From Octopus bimaculoides (lineage: Eukaryota): a stretch of 64,000 nucleotides of DNA. A program made the position numbers and the translations under genes. This document shows positions 1 to 11,420 of the stretch, piece by piece. The stretch covers positions 24,493,065 through 24,557,064 of the forward strand of contig NC_068991.1 of NCBI RefSeq assembly GCF_001194135.2, written 5' to 3'. The stretch's first letter is position 1, and every line of letters starts with the position of its first letter. Below the pieces are notes generated by a model. The model was not told the origin of the DNA. It made no database searches and saw only the letters and a list, made by a program, of their open reading frames with translations.

Positions 1-136
1 GGCACAGGTCCACAGGCCACCATCGTGACCCAGATAGATGCATTTAATTTATGGGCATTTGTCGGGGTCTAATGTCACTCAAACGCTCCGATATCCCCCA
101 GAATGCAAGAGAACTAATAGTTCAACTAATGACTTT

Positions 137-183
137 TCAGATGTGGGGCTCACTACCACCAAATAAGTTAGCAGCCACATTTA
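137..183 (-). CDS. Candidate terminal CELSR coding exon (VNVAANLFGGSEPHI*)
   Basis: TGACTAAC branch point at 197-204, ttgtag| acceptor, phase 1 fits the preceding donor; no homology support. Confidence 0.4.
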
Positions 184-283
184 CTACAAGTTCAAAGTTA
201 GTCAAATTAGGGAACCCAGAAACAACAGCAGTGTGTTAAATGAAAACATGGAGAGTGAAAGAGAAGGGGGAGTGTGTGTGTGC

Positions 284-284
<1 letters not shown>

Positions 285-335
<51 letters not shown>

Positions 336-345
336 GAGAAAGAGA
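285..345. repeat. (GA)n microsatellite; others include (GT)n 26874-26926, (CAG/CAA)n 51062-51120, (ATG)n 53958-54007, (TAT)n 55440-55560, (CA)n 63274-63324
   Basis: Direct inspection. Confidence 0.95.
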
Positions 346-624
346 AATATCATGATTATAAAATACTCTAAGAAGATTTAATTACAAAATGTTAAGTGAA
401 CTGTTACGAAGTCTCAATTTTAAATTCAAAAAAGATTTTGATAGCAGAGTGCTTGTTGCTTTTCATTGAATTTGCAGTTAAATTTAAGTATTTAAATATT
501 TTTGTTTTTAAAACTGAATTGAAAAAAAACTCAAATAAATATTGTAACAAAGAAATGATTTATGAATATATCTACATGATGTTGCAAATAATGAATATAA
601 TAATCCTGCCTGCAAAAAGCACAA

Positions 625-1920
625 GACCAGAAGTATTATGGGAGGAATCTAGTCAACTACATTGGATGGCACTTATTTTATCAACTCTGAAAGGATGAAA
701 AGCAAAGTTGACCTTGGCAGAATATGAACTCAGAATGCAAAGATGGATGAGATGCAGCTAAGCATTTTGTCCAGAAAGCCAATAATTCTACCAGCTTAAC
801 AGTAATAATTATCTTTTCTATTAAAGGCACACAGCCTGAAATTTTGGAGTGGGGGCTAGTTGATTATATGAACTCCAGTATGTATGTGGTACTTGTTTTA
901 TCAACTCCGAAAGGATGAAAGGCTAAGTCAATCTCAGCAGAATTTGAACTCAGAAGGTTAAGATGGACAAAATGCTGCTAAACATTTTGCCCGGTATGCT
1001 AACAATTCTGCCAACTTGCTGCCTTACCAATAATAATAATAATAATAATCCTTTCTACTATAGGTACAAGGCCTGGATTTTGTGGGGAGGGAGACAGTTG
1101 ATCACATGGATCCCAGTACTCAACTGGTACTTCATTTATCAATCCCAAAATAATGAAGGGTCAAGTCGACCTTGGTGGAATTTGAACTCAGAATGTAGCA
1201 GCAGACGAAATATCGCTAAGCATTTTGCCTGGCATGCTAACGGCTCTGCCAGCTCGCTGCCTTAATAATAATGATAATAATAACAATTCTTTCTATTATA
1301 GACACAGGGCCTGAAATTTTGGGAGTGGGGGCTAGTTGATTACATTGACCTCAGTGCATGACTAGTACTTAATTTATTGATCCCAAAAGGATGAAAGGCA
1401 AAGTCAACCTTGGTAGAATTTGAATTCAGAATGTAAAGATGGACAAAATGCTGCTAAGGATTTTGTCTGGCATTCTAACAATTCTGTCAGTTCACTACCC
1501 TAATAATAATAATAATAATGATAATAATAATGGTTTCAGATTTTGGCACAAGACCAGCAAATTCAGCAGGAAAGATTAAATCAATTACATCAACCCAAAT
1601 GCTCAACTGGTACTTATTTTATTGACCTCAGAGAGATGAAAGGCACCACTAACTGCAGTGGGATTTGAACGCACAGTGTAGAGCCAGAACAAATACTGAA
1701 AAACAATTTGTCCAATGCTCTAACAACTCTGCCAATCCACCAGTTTTAGATTTTGGCACAAGGCCAGCAATTTTGAGAAGAGGGAGTAAGTTGATACTTT
1801 CCAGCTCAGTACTTGACTGGTACTTTATTTTATCAATCCCTGAGAGTTAAAAGACAAAATTTACCATGGTGAGATTTGAACTAAAGATTAAAGGCATTTT
1901 ATCTGTTCTAATGATTCTAC
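625..1920 (-). mobile_element. Cluster of about six head-to-tail tRNA-derived SINE copies (family B) separated by (AAT)n
   Basis: Diverged ~210 bp units at about 625-797, 814-1024, 1051-1263, 1290-1500, 1531-1742 and 1744-1920 share gaaaggatgaaaggcaaagtcgacct..gaatttgaactcagaa; on the minus strand this reads as a tRNA-like head with a B box (ctgagttcaaattcc). Confidence 0.85.
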
Positions 1921-2400
1921 CAAATAATAACACCTTTCGATCAGGTGAAAAACCAATTTTGTCATGGAACATGTTCATCAGACTCAAACCCAAGCTTGTA
2001 ATTGGTATTTACTTTACAACTTTTGAAAACTTGAAAGAAAAACTGAACCTCGGTGGAGTTTCAATGCAAATTGTGGAATTATAGAACAAGCACTCTATTG
2101 TACAACCAATAACAGTAATAACTTGCAAAATAGAATGCTGCTCTTTGAAATATTAATGAATATTGCTATGAGAGGTTAAACATGATTCTTAAAAGCAGTT
2201 AAAACAGAATACATTATAGCTGTGTTTCTCACGAAGAGGTGGGGATCTCTAAATATTGATAAACTGAAAACCACAGTGAAGAAAAGATTATGTGGATGCA
2301 AACTGTATTTTACAGTTCTGTATTTAAGAGATGAGGAATTATGTACATTATTTACACTATTTACATTTGACGGATATTTGTCCCCATCTTGTTTGCTGTT

Positions 2401-2446
2401 AACACAACGTTTCGGCTGATATACCCTCCAGCCTTCATCAAGTACC
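2401..2446 (-). ncRNA. Minimal type-I hammerhead ribozyme motif (Penelope-type), C3U variant
   Basis: Minus strand reads GGTAC-TTGATGA-A-GGCTG(GAGGGTATAT)CAGCC-GAA-ACGT-T-GTGTT: core, stem II, palindromic helix III, GUU triplet and wobble-paired stem I. Confidence 0.7.
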
Positions 2447-2731
2447 TTGGGGAAATTTTGAATCTGGGTTCTAATTCCTAAGGTATTTTTCGATGTTATT
2501 ATTATTATTATTATTATTATTATAATTATCATTATTATTATTATTATTATTATGATTATTATTATCATTATTATTACTATTATTATTATTCAGATCACTA
2601 CCTGGAAACGAACTTGGAATATAGAGGTTAGCAGCCCGCGCTCTTAACCAGTATGCCCATGGGCATATGGCGTAGTGGTTAAGAGTGTGGGCTACTAACC
2701 CCAAGATTCCAAGTTCAATTCCAGGTAGTGA

Positions 2732-2767
<36 letters not shown>

Positions 2768-2834
2768 GAATAATAATAATAACAACATCAAAAAATACCT
2801 TAGGAATGAGAACCCAGGTTCAAAATTTCCCCAA

Positions 2835-2878
2835 GGCACCTGATGAAGGCTGGAGGGTATATCAGCCAAAACATTGTT
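2835..2878 (+). ncRNA. Decayed hammerhead ribozyme motif (sister copy)
   Basis: GGCAC-CTGATGA-A-GGCTG(GAGGGTATAT)CAGCC-AAAACATTGTT; CGAAACGTT has become CAAAACATT, consistent with CpG decay, so G12 is lost. Confidence 0.6.
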
Positions 2879-3234
2879 AACAACAAACAAGATGAGGACA
2901 AATATCCGTCAAATGTAAATAATGTAAATAAAACTGTATTTTGTTTTCTCAGTAATGAAAAGAAGGGATAGAGTGAAAATTTCCACTAATATTATAGCGA
3001 TGTGTATGTGTGTGTGTGCATATGTGCATGTGTTTATTATATATTAGTTTACATGGTGTATATTTTTCTTTATTTACCTTTCTTGACATATTGTATGCAT
3101 ACATATGTACATTATGATTATTTATACAACTTGTCATTGTTTTGTATGTATCTGTGTAAACCTATGTGTACATATTTGAATATGTGCGTTAGTCTCTCTC
3201 TCCCCCTTTCTCTCTCTCTCCTTTATATGTATAT

Positions 3235-3266
<32 letters not shown>

Positions 3267-3392
3267 TAAGTTCATATACACATGTGTAAATACATATATC
3301 AACTTAGAGACATCTGGGTGAACATGCATGTGTTAATTGCCATGCAATATCCTCTGTAGTGAAATAATGCTGTTAACACAGTGTGTTCATAC

Positions 3393-3593
3393 CTTGTCCA
3401 GGATGGTAATGTGATGACGATCCCATTGGTGAGGGATGTGTGAACTTTGACCGGTTTAGACTGTACAAGCTGCCTGGCGCACCTAGGCTTGGTGAGCCCA
3501 TGCGGCTAGGCTGCAGTGGAGATGGAGTTGACATCAGTGAAGGCAATGGTGGGAGAGGGGGAAAAGATGGATGCTGCATACCAGAGCTGATAC
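3393..3593 (-). CDS. CELSR: CELSR exon: distal Pro/Ser-rich tail (GISSGMQHPSFPPLPPLPSLMSTPSPLQPSR...HYHPGQ)
   Basis: TACTAAC branch point at 3613-3619; actatag|GT ... AAG|gtatga; 201 nt, phase 1 to 1; GC-richer than flanks. Confidence 0.82.
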
Positions 3594-6069
3594 CTATAGT
3601 TACAATAGAATGGTTAGTATAAAGCATGAAATTTAGACATGGATTCATTACTAGGCATTGCAAAAGAAGAAGCATTTACTAAGAGAATTAGTAGATTAAT
3701 TAGTGAAAATATAAGTAAAGAAAAGTGATGAAAGCCAATACAACACTAAAAGGAGAGGAAAATAAACATATTCAGTATTTCAGTTAATTATTTTTTGTAT
3801 TACAAAAGCTGTATTATTTAGTATTTTATATTTCTTAGCACTGAGGTAGCTTTCATCACTTTTTTTACACAGAGTTCAATAACAAGGTTTTATGAAAACT
3901 ATATGATATTACTTTCTTACAAATAGTTCAAACTATAGAAAAACTTTCATGCAAGCAGAAGGGAGAAGCTTACTGGTCTAAAATTTCAGGTAGAGCTAAC
4001 TTTCTCTTTAAGCAAAAGGTTCTGGCTGAAACTTTAGATGCATTCCACTCCTTGAACTATTTAGAATATCATAAAGGTAAAGGGTGAAGACCCCCTACGG
4101 TCATGAATGACTATAGGATTGCACCTACAAAGTTATCTTCTGAGGCACAAGTTCAGGCAAGGTTGGTTATGGAAGACCAGCAGTCACCCATGCATACCAG
4201 CCTCCTCTCCCCATGCCACCAATGTTATCCAAGGGAAAGGCAAAATCCGATATAGCTTGACAGTAGTGATGTCACAACTCATTTCTACAGCTGAGTTAAC
4301 TGGAGCAACATGAAATAAAGTGTCTTGCTCAAGAATACAACACATAACCTGGTCCAGGAATCGAACTCACTACCTCTCGATTGTGATCCCAATGCTCTAA
4401 CCACAGCCATGTGCATGACTAAAAAGTTACATAGTTATCAGTTGCAAGTGTTTATGTGAATACAAAATGAGGAATAACTGTTTAATAATGAGCTTAGCAG
4501 TAAAATTAATGAAGCACTAAGTTATTAATAGATGGTTATAAGTTATTTGCATAAAACAGTAAATTAGTATGAGGTAGAGATTTAATATTAGTAAAAAGCA
4601 GTAAATTAACAGCCAATGAGCAAACATCTGTATGATCACAACATTTCTCCAAATATCCTCTACAATCCTAAAATCTGGAAGAACATAATGGATGAAGCAG
4701 TTTTGGTTATATTATGCCACAAAAAAAGACTGGAATCATTACGTTGGAACAGTGGGCAAACAATAAAATGTTGATAAAATGGCAAACAGCATATTAATGA
4801 AAAGCAGTAGCTTAGTAGCTTTATGCAACAATGAACTCATATACAACTGTAATTAGGTGTTTGAATGTATGTTTCTGCTCTACTTTCTGCAGTTTTGCAG
4901 CTGACCAATAATATTTTAATCTATCATTATAGCTGTATGCATATGTGCAATTTTCTTAAATATTGGTTTCATCCAGCTTTGTCCACCCACCTCAAAAGAA
5001 TTATAAAATTAGGAAACAAATACTGATGTTTGTTTCTTCATATTTCATGCAATTTAATTGAAATTTTGGGAAAACTGAAGATTATGGTATCAAAGAGCAA
5101 AATGCTTTCCTCATTAAATACTTTCATTATTACCAAATACTTCACTCCTTTAAATATAGGTGTGCATGTACACATGCACGCACGCATGCACACACACACA
5201 ATTATTATCACAGGTATTTGGTTATTACGTTATGAAGATTTGTAGGAATTTTATCAATCCTATTAACCCCCAATCACAAACAGCCAATGTATTAAGTTCT
5301 AATTTTGTGCCAATGATAAATGGAAGTAGATGAAGAGTACATCAGAACAGTCACCTAAAAGAATTTGAAAGGAGATGATGCAATGATACTTATGAAGATA
5401 ATGCTGATCAATCATTTGTAAATATTCTTAATCTATATGTGAACAATATTTTCTTTCATTGCTTATTTATATTATTGATTTACTGTTTTTAAAAATATAA
5501 TCTTTATTGATTTTTGTAATTTAAAACTACTTTGTTTTAATATCCATTGATTTACTCTTCTTTGTACTGATTATTTTACAACTAGAATATTACTAGTCAT
5601 ATGTTTACTACTATAACTTGTTTGAGAAAATTCTATGGCATTAGGAACTAATTTATGCAAAGTCATCTTCAATTTTATCACATTTTTCCTTGTTTTCCAA
5701 TGTCCAACATAATACTTCAGACTGTTTATACTAAATATGTGCAATGAAATTCTGCAGATGTAGCACTGTACTTCTCAACAAGACCCAACTGAAAATGGTT
5801 GTGTCACCTAATTCAGTTGAAGGGTTTTCGTGAAGAGGCTGTAAAATAAAACCTTGCTTAAAAATTTAAACAAATGTTTAATTTTGCTTAAATGATTCAA
5901 CAGCACAACAAAAATCTGAAAGCAAGAGGATTAATATGCATTTTCTTAGATGAAAATGTAATGTTTATAGGATGATTGATCAAAGATTTTGATCAGGGCT
6001 AATGTGGAAACTAAACAATAACAACAAACGATAAAAACGAAGTGAAAAAGTAAAAGTTTGATGTCACAC

Positions 6070-6138
6070 CTTTAAATGAACCTGGGGATTTCTCTTTCTC
6101 TTTTTTGTTCATTTTTCGAGCTTGTTCTCTCGCTTCTT
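6070..6138 (-). CDS. CELSR: CELSR exon: charged tail segment (EEAREQARKMNKKEKEKSPGSFK)
   Basis: Strong acceptor gtgtcttttgcag|AA, open in phase 1; donor AAG|gtgtga at 6070, with an alternative CAG|gttcat at 6082. Confidence 0.75.
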
Positions 6139-6386
6139 CTGCAAAAGACACAGGAATAAGGAATAAATAATCCACATAATCCAAATGAAGAGAGAAACAT
6201 GAAAATGATTCCAGGAAAGCTCACCCAAATGTTTAAAAAGGCTTTCAAGATTACAAACTTTCACAACCCCTACAATCAAAGTAGTAATAATGATAAGTTT
6301 TGGGGCAATGTCAAAATACAGATCAAATACAATATATGATAATGAGTTAGAAGAAAATGAATAATCATTAATATCTGAACACTCAC

Positions 6387-6551
6387 CAACTTTCTTGTTC
6401 TTAGGCATTTCCCATTTGGGGTCATCGTCCAAATCTTCATCATCTGATGAATGGCTGGAGGCCAGCTCCAGGCTAGCATGCTCATCAGAATCATCACTGT
6501 CTGAGTCAGAATCAGGTTTTAAATTGGTTGTCTTTTCACCTGTATCTGGAT
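6387..6551 (-). CDS. CELSR: CELSR exon: acidic SE/D tail (DPDTGEKTTNLKPDSDSDSDDSDEHASLELASSHSSDDEDLDDDPKWEMPKNKKV)
   Basis: cttcag|AT ... TTG|gtgagt; 165 nt, phase 1 to 1; CELSR-type DSDSD..SL..ASSHSSD.ED motif. Confidence 0.9.
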
Positions 6552-7239
6552 CTGAAGAAATTTCAACAAAGCAGGTTGATATTTCTTTTCTGTTAACAGT
6601 TTGAACTTAGTTTCTAATTAAAATTTAAACCAAATCAATTATAGTTTAATATTACTCTATCCAATGAGTTATCATTACAGAGCTAAGTTTGATATGTGGC
6701 TAACAATGACATATATTCCTGTAACTTAAGCTTTCAGTATTTCACTTCATTGTAGTGTTATATTTCTATGATCTTAGTCTCAGGTCAATTCTGATCAAAG
6801 ACATTCCTGCAATGATCATTCCATGTAATTTGCCAAGACTACATTATTCTGTATGTCCATCTCTTTAAACCCTTTTGCTACCATATTTATGTTGAAATAA
6901 ACTGCTATTGCTTCAATTAATTTTGAAAATAACAAAGAATTTATTAAAGCAATTTTGACATTATTATTAACTTTAAAATCAAAATTTTCTATCATAGAAC
7001 CAAAGGGGTTTCAGGAAGGTTAGTTCGAAAATGGTTAAAATGGTAGGGTATGACACAAAGGAGATTTAAATGCTATTTCTAGCAAGCCAATGACTGCATG
7101 GAGAATCTCTCACTGGCTCAGGGGTCTCAGATTTATGAGAACAATATGAAGAAATTTGAAGTTGTGATGTGATTTACCTTCCCAAAACATGAAAGGAAAA
7201 CAATTGATAGTTCAATGGTTGAAGAATTACAAAGCAATA

Positions 7240-8305
7240 GATATAGCCTGTGTGTGAAAGCTATGCTACATGGCAGTGAAATATGGGCTGTGAGCAATGG
7301 GGACATGCGTAGGCTTGAAAGAAAAGCTAGTATGCTTTGCTGGATGTGCAATGTCAGTGTGCCTGTATGACAGAGTGTAAGCATCTTGAGAGAAAAGCTG
7401 GGCATAAGAGGCATCAGATGTGGTGTGCAAGAGAGACAACTGTATTGGTATGGTCATGTGATATGTATGGACAAGGACAGCTGTGTAAAGAAGTGCTGAT
7501 CTCTAATTGTGAAGGGAACCTGTGGAAGAGGTAGACCTAGGAAGAAATGTTGGGCCTCACAAAGGTGAAGACAAGTGACCGAAAGCTCTGGCAATATGCT
7601 GCGTGTGAAAAGACTCATCAGACCAGGTGAAATCATAGTTGTGACAGTACCGGTGTCATGTAAATGGCACCCATGCATCATCTTCATTGTTGTTGGCAGT
7701 GCCATGTAAATGGCTCCCGTGAATCATAGTCGTGGTCACTGCTGGTGCCATGTTAATGACACCTATGCATTGTAGTTGTGGTCGTTGATGGTACCATGTA
7801 AATAGCACCCGTGAATCATCATGGTCGATGCCGGTGTCATATAAATAGCACCCATGCATTGTAGTCATGGTCATCAACGGTGCCATGTAAATTGGCACCC
7901 AGGAATCATGGTCATTGGTGGTGCCATGTAAATGGCAACCGTGAGTTGTAGTCATTGCTGGTGCCATGCAAATAGCACCCATGAATCATAGTCATGATCA
8001 CTGCTGATGCCATGTAAATTGCACCTGTGCATTGTAGTCGTGGTCATTGCTGGTGCCATGTAAATGGCACTCACCTGTGAATCATAGTCATGGTTGTTGC
8101 CAGTATTATACAAATGACACCCATGCTAGTGGCACATAAAAGCACCCATTACACTCCTAGAATGGTTGGCATTAGGAAGGACATCCAGCTGTAGAAACCA
8201 TACCAAACAAGACTGAAACCTGGTGCAACTCTGCAGATCATCAGCTCCAGTCACACCATCTAACCCATGCCAGCATGGAGAGTGGACATTAGCTGATGAT
8301 GATGA
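7240..8305 (+). mobile_element. RTE-clade LINE 3' remnant: degenerate RT C-terminus, 3'UTR hairpin minisatellite and (GAT)n tail
   Basis: Translates with stops or shifts as CVKAMLHGSEIWAV..DMRRLERKASMLCWMCNVSV..LREKLGIRGIRCGVQERQLYWYGHV..GTCGRGRPRKK; 3' end ggaaggacatccagctgtagaaacc...gatgatgatgat. Confidence 0.88.
7650..8125 (+). repeat. Minisatellite of about 11 units of 40-47 bp, each with a GGTGCCAT-GTAA-ATGGCACC hairpin
   Basis: Units start near 7652, 7698, 7744, 7790, 7833, 7879, 7920, 7960, 8006, 8052 and 8101. Confidence 0.9.
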
Positions 8306-10543
8306 TACTGAAACAATCAGTAAGTTTTTTTCTTGTTTTTTCACATGGAATTTATTTATTCCCCTGGTCATTCTTAGATATGATAAGTACAGGTAAGACT
8401 ACCAACACTTTGTCTAATACCATTAAAACATATGAAGCTGTCACTATACAAATCAAAGTCCAAACTTCCTCACTACCACTACACACCAGCATTCAATATT
8501 TAATCAATCCGGATTTTGTAATTGTCTCCTTTGACAGGAACTGTCATTAACAATAATTATTTAACCTTTTTTAGTAACCCTTTTCTTATATTTTTGTAGT
8601 AAATCACTGCTTTGTTTCAATTAATTTTTTTCTTAAATGAAGAATTTAGCAAAATAGCTTTGCCCTTATTAAGCTGATGTGTGAAACATAAATTAACATG
8701 AAATTTTGATGGAAGATTTTAACCCTTTTGATAACAGCCCACCTGAGACCACCCCTGCTTCTATGATAGAAACTTCTTGTTTTAAATCATGTCACCTAAA
8801 TTAAAGTCCTACATCAAAATTCCTTATTAATTTATGCTTCATGCACCAGCTTAATAATAACAATGTTATTTTCCAAATTAATTGAAACAGAGGCAGCATA
8901 TTTCAACAGAACCATGGTAATGAAAGAGTATCACTTAAAACAGGAAAGGCATCACTTAAAACAGGTACAATCTTGGTATCAAAAAGATTAAAGATGTAAT
9001 TAAATTTGATTGAACATCTTTTTTAGCTTTCCCTTCACTGAATATTTATTTAGGCTGCAAGAGCATATAAAAATCTTTTACTCATTTATAAACGTGAAGG
9101 CATGTGAACTTGTCAAAGCATTGCTGTTTTTGTCTCCTTTGAATACAATTACTACTAACAGTACTTCAATAATTCTATTGGTAATATAAAAAAGGATTTA
9201 TTAACATGAGAATTAAAAAACTGTAAAGGCCAACCTCCTTCAGAGAGAACTTCTAGTCATTTAGAAAATACCATTATTTTTCATTCCTCATCAAAATCAA
9301 AATAGTATTTAATTAATTGACCTTACAGTCCAGGACTATTTTACAAAATACTTCAAGCAATTTGCATATTTGAAAAGCCAATATCAAATTGAAAATACAT
9401 ATTTCTAATTATGTTAATATTAATTAAATTCTACAATGCAGAAACCTAAAACATCATTAAAATTATTTTATACCTCATTAAATTTAATTATTTTCTGGAA
9501 CATTTATATTAACAACAAAAAAAAAAAACAATGTCAAGCATGTACAGAGAACAGAGGTACAAATTCAAAATCAACATATAAAAAAAGAAAATAAACATAC
9601 TACATATATATATATACATATANNNNNNNNNNNNNNNNNNNNNNNNNNNNNNNNNNNNNNNNNNNNNNNNNNNNNNNNNNNNNNNNNNNNNNNNNNNNNN
9701 NNNNNNNNNNNNNNNNNNNNNNNNNNNNNNNNNNNNNNNNNNNNNNNNNNNNNNNNNNNNNNNNNNNNNNNNNNNNNNNNNNNNNNNNNNNNNNNNNNNN
9801 NNNNNNNNNNNNNNNNNNNNNNNNNNNNNNNTATTAGGTACACATACAAAACATAGCAGTATTGTTTTCTTTTATACTTTCAACATGAACACTATAACAG
9901 CAAATATTACTGACAATCACATTACTTACAACCACACACACACTTATGGAAATAAACAAAACAAGCAAATCTAAAAAGAAGAAAAGAAAACTATAAAAAA
10001 AATAAACGATAAATAAATCAAGAAGATCCCATGAAATGCTATTGATGAATCTGTGTCATGAAAGATGCATAACCTTGACCATTGGGCATTAAGTTAGTTT
10101 ATAGCTGCATGCAAATAGTTCTGGAGAAAATGGTTCTTTGAGTATAATTATACTAGTGCTGGCATGGGTAATTTTTAAACCAGAAGAGTGCTGTATTTGT
10201 TATGACTAACCAAAATCTAAACAGTTAGAAAATTAAGTAACTTAGAGAATGGTGGTTTGCTGAGGCACACTGGTGTGCAACGATGTAGCTAGGTGAGTCA
10301 TAAAAATAATAAAAAGAAATGGGAAAAATGAAAACTGAAATTCTACATTTCATTTACTGAGTAAAGAACTAATTCTTTAATGCTGTTTACATAATTTTTA
10401 TCTAAAGGCTAAAATATACCTAATAACATTTTAAAATACACTATTTGACTTAATGCATAAGGTGAGCTAAAATGTTGAGTTAGTTATCATTAAGGTGGCA
10501 TGGAAAAAGTGTAACAATGCATCATTTGCTTTCACATTATGTA

Positions 10544-10773
10544 TTAACCCTTTAGCATTTAAACTGGCCATATCCAACCCAAGTATTCTACCTGTTTTAT
10601 GTTCGAACTGGCAAGATCTGGTTTCTCCCACCTACCCTACAATATCATTTTTAAAATATACAATTATATCATTGGAATCTCAAAGCTACAAGATAATGCA
10701 TGATTAATTAAAAAACAATATAAATAAAATAAGTATTACATTTGACAGAGTAATCAGAACGCTAAATGGTTAA
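10544..10773. mobile_element. piggyBac-type MITE
   Basis: TTAA|CCCTTTAGCATT ... AACGCTAAATGG|TTAA: imperfect TIRs with TTAA at both ends. Confidence 0.7.
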
Positions 10774-10809
10774 AGAATATCATTGTATCACTTGATGCAT
10801 AATATATTA

Positions 10810-11130
10810 ACAAACCAAACTGTATCCATGTATCACATACTGGCATATACTATATACCACTACAACATATTCACACATCAAACACTGTCTCTTGCAATAT
10901 CACATGTTGACATATTGAACACTGTATCACTGGCTACAACATGTTGACATATCAAACTGTATCACTTGCTATCCCATGGTGACATATCAAAGTATATATA
11001 CATATATATATATATATAATCACTTGTTATCACATGTTAGCATATCAAACCATATCACTCATTATACTGATATCACATGTTGACATATCAAACTGTATCA
11101 CTTGCTATCACATGTTGACATATCAAACAA
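10810..11130. repeat. Minisatellite of ~35 bp units (tatcacatgttgacatatcaaactgtatcacttgc), about 7-8 degenerate copies
   Basis: Direct tandem units visible; interrupted by (TA)n near 10995-11018. Confidence 0.85.
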
Positions 11131-11420
11131 ACTGGCTGAAGGATACCAAAACATGCAGGACAACAAAGAGACAACAGCATCATGCCAGGATGTTTGGCTG
11201 CAATTAGAGAGTCAATCAGGAAACCTCATATATAGGAGTCATCTGTACAAGGAGCTGATTAGGCTTGAAATGGATTTTCAATACATTTTTCAGGTAAACA
11301 TTAGAAAGTGACACAGTGTTATTCATTTATCAACATGGCCTGAATAGTGAGGTGACAATTTATATCAATGAAGCATATGTGTTGCATTAAATTTTGTATA
11401 AGAGAGTGCATATAGGTCTG
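11130..11420 (+). mobile_element. Possible highly decayed Tc1-like transposase fragment
   Basis: Frameshifted RKPHI.GVICT..L.LKW-like segment resembles the Tc1 linker; weak similarity only. Confidence 0.3.

Larger units (their letters stand above)
2305..2930. mobile_element. Head-to-head inverted pair of tRNA-headed SINE-like elements with hammerhead-bearing 3' parts
   Basis: Palindrome centre gccca|tgggc at 2659/2660; A box TGGCGTAGTGG at 2668-2678; B box GTTCAATTCC at 2713-2722; the arms are reverse complements over about 270 bp. Confidence 0.85.

Noticed and set aside
2661-2735. Functional tRNA gene
   Set aside because: It has A and B boxes but no complete cloverleaf or acceptor stem, and it continues into a repeat body, so it is a SINE head.
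2176-2890. 130 aa and 139 aa ORFs with poly-I, poly-N and poly-L
   Set aside because: These are translations of (TAT)n/(AAT)n tracts within the palindrome.
7650-8125. CRISPR-like array (palindromic repeats with ~20-26 nt spacers)
   Set aside because: The spacers are homologous to each other, the repeats are degenerate, there are no cas genes, and the array lies inside a eukaryotic RTE 3'UTR.
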